This document shows, one piece after another, positions 45,862 through 64,000 of a stretch of DNA of 64,000 bases. Positions within the stretch are counted from its first letter, which is position 1; each line of letters starts with the position of its first letter. The position numbers and the translations under genes are program-made. The stretch is from Macrostomum lignano (lineage: Eukaryota): contig NIVC01000464.1 in the NCBI GenBank assembly GCA_002269645.1, positions 1-64,000 on the forward strand, written 5' to 3'. The notes under the pieces were generated by a model. The model saw only the letters and a list, made by a program, of their open reading frames with translations. It made no database searches and was not told the origin of the DNA.

Positions 45862-46979
45862 TTCTGGTTCTGATCGAAGGTACAAAAAGTACAAATCCTG
45901 TCTAAAGCTTTCTAAAGCTTCCAAACTGCAGGCCAACTGTTCTGGTTTAAATTTTGATCTATTCTGGTCTATTCCTACACACATGTATATGTAAATCTGG
46001 TCGACATGTATTCTTTTGTGACCATTTCAAGATGTCCCACTGTCTCGAGTAATTAGTACGATATTTACAAATGACTCGCAAAATTAGTGTACGCCTTTGA
46101 CTGCAAGAAATATTGCATATAGCTATTACTCTACTGCATGCCTCCTGTCCCACATATAGATGTACATGTATAGGGCCAAACTTACAGTGTGTGTGTGGTG
46201 TAATTGCGTCTTCTAAAACTGAGAACAAAATTTTAAACGATCCCTTCAAACAAATCATTTTAAGTACAAACCGATGTAGAGTTTATGAGCATTTTAAGTT
46301 TAGCTGCAATGCAAGCAATTGTGGGCCTTCAAATAATTTAGCAATATTTGAGCGTACTACTGCCTGATGCAAATTAGGTACTTTTAGTGGGTACTTGCAG
46401 AATTTATGCCCCATGTCATCAGAAATAAGAATTGAAATATACAGTACGTGATTAAGAGTTACCTGCAAAGGCCAATTCAAATTACAGCTAATAGCTCTGC
46501 GTGTCAAGCATCGCTGAAATCAATTTTAAAATGGGTCTGAACCTTTAGCTCAACATATATTTGAGCCAAATCCGAGCTACTACTGCGCAGGCGCCGAGGC
46601 AATGTATTTAAACTGGCCTTGCTATCGGCTTGAAAATCGTACGTTAATTTTTGCATAAATTAATGCTATTTTATATTAAAAACGTGTTTTACTGCTAAAA
46701 CATTATAATTTTTTCTGATTAACGCGATCGAACATTTTTTATAATAATACTTTGTTTTAATAGTTGATTTATGATTTTTGAACGAGATTTTTTACCACCG
46801 ACAGATTTTTCACGGATCTGCATAACTGCATTACATGAACATACAATACAAAGCAAATTTGATATTGATAGTGTATACATTTTAAGAAATTTGGTTTCAT
46901 CGTTTACATAATTTGTACTGTCTCCTGTGAGTCTTGTGAGTCGTTGTGGCATCCATTGACTGGTCTCAAATCAAACGAA

Positions 46980-58081
<11,102 letters not shown>

Positions 58082-59792
58082 TGCGCAACGGTGCCGGAGA
58101 AGCAGTAATATTGCTTACTGTCAACAGCATTTTGTCTTTATACAGACTGTTACTAACAAATCAATGTTCATTCTTAATTGCACTATGAAAGTGAATCCAA
58201 TTGCGTCAAGTAACTAATGAATAAATTAACCTGCAGAAGTATAATATCTGCCAAATTAGTAAATATATAATAGGGTGTTTTCATACTTAGTTCCAATTGA
58301 ATTGAATAAGACAGTTAGCTACGATTGACCAGCCGTGTCATTTTTAAACCTGTTTATTTTCTCGCAAATTTCAACTGTTTCTCGAGTCCAGCAAATGTTT
58401 TTTACTGTACGTACTAAGAAAGTACTCGCAAGTTTCAAGGCTTAATAAATATTTTTTCAATTTAACTTTGACAAGCATTTTTAAACCAACAGGGCTGAAC
58501 AAATCTTATTTTCTAACTTCTTTTAATTATAAGTCTTTTAGATGGCTCGGACGCGAGGAAATAGTAAATATGAAGAAAAGTGCATCAATTTCTTTGGTTT
58601 TAATTTATTATGAAAATTGTAATCAAGGTATACGAGCTATCTATAATTATCTGATCGTAAAATGAAATTAGAAATGCAGCATACGACGTACTCCAATCTA
58701 TTTAAAGGGTTGTTCAGTATCGAGTTATACTTGCAAATAAAAAGTACATACATGTAAATGTACATGCATGTGCAGTAATGACGGCTATTTTATATATATA
58801 GCTAAGACTTTATTATAAAAGCTACTGCAACACTTTCTTATATGGTCTTAATAATCAACATTTTTGTACAGAAAAAACAAGGACAACTTAATGTGGACGG
58901 ATAACTTTGTTTCTCAAAAAATGAAACAAATTTTCAAAATGAAGGACGTTTCCGAAAAATACATAGGAGATCAGCAGAAGCGACCACGTATTTTTTCATC
59001 TCAGTAGATCAGAAGCTATTATTTTACTTTAAACTTTTAATGCAGCTACTACTATTGAGCCATAAAACTAAAAAATCTTAAGACGTGAAATTTCTAATGG
59101 CAGAACATGAGGATTTGAACCATAAAATTTAAAATTATCGACGAATAAATCGACCGACGAAGGGCATATGGGTCATGCAACCGAAATATTAATATTGCAG
59201 CTGATACTAAATTCACGACAGAGCACCAATTCTTATTTTCGCGGCGATGTGACCTGGATAAAGTCCAGTCACACTATTTACCCTATAAAACACATAAGTA
59301 CATGTACACCACCTTCTTACCATATCGTGTCGTACATGGTGTGTTCAATTGCATGGCGACTTGAACAATAGCAAACAATTTAGCTACCAGTGCATGCTAA
59401 ACTGTTAATGTGATCATTTGGTTCATACTTTTAGGCTCTACACTAGCAATCTAGCGCCCCCCTTCGGGGTGGCCAATAAGCAAGGGACGAATCCTTTAAA
59501 ATGAAAAAAAATTCTTAGGGAGGGGGGCTAGGAATCGAATTCTCATTTTAATTCCAGGCTTATGTACCAATAAAACATGTTTGTGCAGAATTTTATAACA
59601 GACATTGAAATTCAACCATACTTGCCTTCTTTCAGAGCTACTTCTACCAGTATGCTTCAGTACGCTACCAGTACCCTTGTAAGCCTTGACATGTCAGCAA
59701 TCCCCCCCACAAGCCTTAACATATCAAATCCCCCCTTGACATCTCAGCGATGCTCCCATAAGCCTTGAAATCTTAAAAAATCTGTCTACTTT

Positions 59793-59832
59793 CTAACCCT
59801 AACCCTAACCCTAACCCTAACCCTAACCCTAA
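59793..59832 (-). repeat. Interstitial telomeric repeat (TTAGGG), about 6.5 units
   Basis: ctaaccctaaccctaacc... is directly visible. Confidence 0.95.
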
Positions 59833-60789
59833 AGCATTGAAATTTCAGTAATTCTCTCTAAGAGTCTATAGCACTACTACAGCATTATAGCGATTCCCTG
59901 CAAGCCTCGACATCGTAGGGATTCCCAAATGAATCTCTTAACTTCGACATGAAGCTTCTTTTTTTTTACATTACGCTTTTTCTATCAGCGATCCCTCCCG
60001 TGAGGAGCCAACAAATAATGTAATAACTTTTTTCCAATAAACTACATGTAGCTTCTGACATTAGCCTTGACATCTCATTTATTCCCCCGTGAGCCTTGAC
60101 ATCTCAGCTATAGATAGATAGATAGATAGATTCCCCTCGTAAGCCTTGACATGTCAGCGATGCCCCCCATAAACCTTGAAATCTAAAAAATCCCCTATAA
60201 ACCTTGAAACGCGCTAAAATCTAACCCTCAACCCAAACCTGACGTAAACCTAACTTTCACCCAACCTAAAGCCTTGAAATCACAGCAATTCTTCTTCCCT
60301 AAGCCTTGGCATTTAAGTGATTCCTTCTTTAAGAATCACAGCACTATAACGATTCCCTCCAAGCTTTGACATCGTAGCAATTCCCAAATGAATCTTTTAA
60401 CTTTGACATGACTTTTATTTTATGTATACATAGTGCTCCTTTTATTTTTACATGACTCTTCTTCTATCAGCGCCCCCCCCACCGTGGCAAGCCAACAAAG
60501 AATGCAATAAAAAAACTTAAGTAAAGTACATGTACTTTGAAGTAGCTTCTGACTTTTGCTTTAACATCTCAGAAACCCCCCTGTAATCTCAGTTATTCTC
60601 TGTGAGCCTTGACGTCTCAGTGATTCTCCCCAGCACAGCACTATAGCTTCATTTAATTTTTATGACACTTGTTTCATGTCTGACATGACGCTTCTTTTGA
60701 TTTTTACGTTACGCTTCTTTTATTCTTCCATGATGCTTCTTAATTTTTTAAATGACACACTTTCATTAGTTTTTATATGAGGCTTCTAT

Positions 60790-61660
60790 GATTTTTTCAT
60801 GACGCTTCTATGTTAACATGACGCTTCTATGCTTGTTTACATGACGCTTTTATGATTGTTTACATGACGCTTGTATGATTGTTTACATGACGCTTCTATA
60901 ATTGTTTACATGACGCTTCTATGATTGTTTACATGACGCTTCTATGATTTTTTATGACGCTTTTATGATTTTAACATGACGCTTCTATGATTTTTTACAT
61001 GACGCTTCTATGATTGTTTACATGACGCTTGTATGATTGTTTACATGACGCTTCTATGATTTTAACATGACGCTTCCATGATTGTTTACATGACGCTTCT
61101 ATGATTTTTACATGACGCTTCTATGATTTTTACATGACGCTTCTATGATTTTTTCATGACGCTTCTATGATTTTTACATGACGCTTCTATGATTTTACAT
61201 GACGCTTCTATGATTTTTTACATGACGCTTCTATGATTGTTTACATGACGCTTCTATGATTGTTTACATGACGCTTTTATGATTGTTTACATGACGCTTC
61301 TATGATTTTTACATGACGCTTCTATGATTTTTACATGACGCTTCTATGATTTTTACATGACGCTTCTATGATTGTTTACATGACGCTTGTATGATTGTTT
61401 ACATGACGCTTCTATGATTTTTTATGACGCTTTTATGATTTTAACATGACGCTTCTATGATTTTTTACATGACGCTTCTATGATTGTTTACATGACGCTT
61501 GTATGATTGTTTACATGACGCTTGTATGATTTTAACATGACGCTTCTATGATTGTTTACATGACGCTTCTATGATTTTTACATGACGCTTCTATGATTTT
61601 TACATGACGCTTCTATGATTTTTACATGACGCTTCTATGATTGTTTACATGACGCTTCCA
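60790..61660. repeat. 21-23 bp minisatellite (ttacatgacgcttctatgattgt) inside the Helitron-like element
   Basis: Visible tandem array. Confidence 0.93.
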
Positions 61661-62084
61661 TAATTTTTTTTGTCTTGGCGTTAAAAAGCTTTAATTAAAA
61701 AAACTCTACTCTCTAAAAATTCGAACCATCGTCCCTGCATTTAGCAGTTTAGTCTGTTTACCTCTAGGCTAGCTCTCATGAATTTTAGTCATTACCCCTA
61801 AATAGAAAATATTCCCAAGACAGCAAGCATCCCCCCAGTAGCAAGCATCCCCTAATACTCCTAGCAAGCATCCAACCAGATAGCAAGCATCTGCAGATAG
61901 CAAGCATCTGCAGATAGCAAGCATCTTGCAGATAGCAAGCATCTTGCAGATAGCAAGCATACCCCAAATAATGTAGAAGCATCCTTCCAGATAGCAAGCA
62001 TCCTGCACATAGCAAGAATCCCTAAATAGCAAGCATCCCTGGATAGAAATAATCCTATACATGTAGCCAAGCTTATCAAGCGCA

Positions 62085-63170
62085 GTAATCCTTGGCTATC
62101 GAGTGCAGTAAGCCTTGGTTATTAATAGCAATAATCCATGGCTTATCGAGTGCAGTAATTCTTGGTTTGCCAAGTGCAGTAAGTAATCCTTGGTTTATTA
62201 ATAGCAATAATCCATGGCTTATGAGTGCAGTAATCCTTGGTTTATTAATAGCAATAATCCTTGGCTTATCGAGTGCAGTAATTCATGGTTTATTAATAGC
62301 AATAATCCTTGGCTTATCGAGTGCAGTAATCCTTGGTTTATTAATAGCAATAATCCATGCCTTATCGAGTGCAGTAATCCTTGGTTTATTAATAGCAATA
62401 ATCCATGCCTTATCGAGTGCAGTAATCCTTGGTTTATTAATAGCAATAATCCTTGGCTTATCGAGTGCAGTAATCCTTGGTTTGCCAAGTGCATAATCCT
62501 TGGTTTATTAATAGCAATAATCCTTGGTTTATCGAGTGCAGTAATCCTTGGTTTATTAATAGCAATAATCCTTGGCTTATCGAGTGCAGTAATCCTTGGT
62601 TTATTAATAGCAATAATCCATGGCTTATCGAGTGCAGTAATCCTTGGTTTGCCAAGAGCAATAGTCCTTGGCTTATCGAGTGCAGTAATCCTTGGTTTGC
62701 CAAGAGCAATAGTCCTTGGTTTATTGAGTGCAGTAATCCTTGGTTTATTAATAGCAATAATCCTTGGCTTATCGAGTGCAGTAATCCTTGGTTTGCCAAG
62801 TGCAGTAATCCTTGGTTTATTAATAGCAATAATCCTTGGCTTATCGAGTGCAGTAATCCTTGGTTTGCCAAGTGCATAATCCTTGGTTTATTAATAGCAA
62901 TAATCCATGGCTTATCGAGTGCAGTAATCCTTGGTTTGCCAAGAGCAATAGTCCTTGGCTTATCGAGTGCAGTAATCCTTGGTTTGCCAAGAGCAATAGT
63001 CCTTGGTTTATTGAGTGCAGTAATCCTTGGTTTATTAATAGCAATAGTCCTTGGTTTATTGAGTGCAGTAATCCTTGGTTTATTAATAGCAATAATCCTT
63101 GGCTTATCGAGTGCAGTATTCCTTGGTTTGCCAAGAGCAATAATCCTTAGCTTATCGAGTGCAGTAATCT
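62085..63170. repeat. 48-bp higher-order minisatellite (two related 24-bp subunits) inside the Helitron-like element
   Basis: gcagtaatccttggtttattaata and gcaataatccttggcttatcgagt alternate. Confidence 0.93.
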
Positions 63171-63841
63171 AAGTGTTTTTTTTTAGTCCTTTAATAAAAG
63201 CTTTTAATAAAAAATTTTACACTACTACTTTTAAACTACTTAGATTCGAACCCAGGTCGCTGCATTAGCAGTCTGGTCTGCTCAGCTCTAGGCTAGCTCT
63301 CATCGAAGTTATCAGTGAATTTGTACCACTTATATAATTCAACACTCACACCAAGTCAGGTAGAGTAAAAAGTCACGCGAAGCAGTTATGACATAATCAA
63401 TTTCTTAGGCAAGTCAGTACCAGTGTCTATGAAAGCTAACAATATGGTTACGTAATATAAATTCAGTACTGCACTATACTTTCACACTCAAAGCTGTGAC
63501 GCAATTCAATTGAGTGTCAAATTCAGCCAGTACACAGACGATAAATAAAGTGTATTGTGATGCAATCTATTTCAGAATCAGAATTCAACCAGTCAGTTTT
63601 TCTGCTAGCATTCTTACAATGCATTTTAAGTCGAAAGCGCTGCTTGACCTTTGCAAAAAAGCATGTTTTTCGAATATTTAATCCCTTTAATATTGAGCAA
63701 TTTCTTAGCCAAGATGCATGTACCGTCACGGAAAAATTTCTGATCGAACAGTGCAAGTTCGAAGAAAATCGGTTCAGCCGTTTTTGCTAAAATCGATCAC
63801 ACACACACACATATACCGACAGACCATTTTTAGTATATGGA

Positions 63842-64000
63842 CTAGCAATCTACGCCCCCCGTTGGGGAGCCAAAGAAATGCAATACACGTTTTTTTAATA
63901 AGCTACATGTATCCTTGAAATCTTAAAAAAATCTCCTGTCAAACCTTGTAAGCCTTGACATGTCAGTAATTCCCCCCACAAGCTTTAACATATCAACTTC
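63842..64000 (-). mobile_element. 3' end of another Helitron-like copy, joined head-to-tail to the 59443-63841 copy; continues beyond the window
   Basis: ccccaacgggggg-cgtagattgCTAG is directly followed by TCCATATACTA. The adjacent sequence matches 59655-59730. Confidence 0.8.

Larger units (their letters stand above)
59443..63841 (-). mobile_element. Full-length non-autonomous Helitron-like element (5' TCCATATACTA..., 3' hairpin + CTAG), about 4.4 kb
   Basis: The minus strand starts TC at 63841 and ends ccccgaagggg-ggcgctagattgCTAG|T at 59443. It contains an internal diverged duplication of about 470 bp, telomeric repeats, two tRNA-like cassettes and three minisatellites. No Rep/helicase ORF is present. 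Confidence 0.8.

Overview
This is repeat-rich animal genomic DNA, not prokaryotic: it has GT-AG introns, a metazoan-type SPT16 and TTAGGG repeats. GC-rich exons and minisatellite-filled introns resemble a Macrostomum-like flatworm, but the host is only an inference. Four host genes: DNAJA3/Tid1 (5 exons, 10883-16985 +), a ZIP/SLC39 metal transporter (3 exons, 17860-21226 +), an intronless N-acylated globin X-like gene (36662-37417 -) and FACT subunit SPT16 (10 exons, 46980-58081 +, 1047 aa, all introns phase 0). Mobile DNA: (1) a disrupted Ty3/Gypsy element (1-9403 -) with three tRNA-Leu PBS motifs and an extra 3' coding tail; (2) an intact Gmr1-type Gypsy element (25424-30179 +) with identical 156-bp LTRs, a GAATC TSD, SCAN-like Gag and PR-IN-RT-RH order; (3) an RTE-like LINE whose 5' half is inverted; (4) a solo-LTR-like element with histone-stem-loop-like hairpins at both ends; (5) a non-autonomous Helitron family in four copies, including a head-to-tail CTAG|TC junction, carrying telomeric repeats, tRNA-like cassettes and copy-specific minisatellites. 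Most introns hold their own minisatellite. No CRISPR, rRNA or intact tRNA gene was found. All coordinates and alignments were read by eye.
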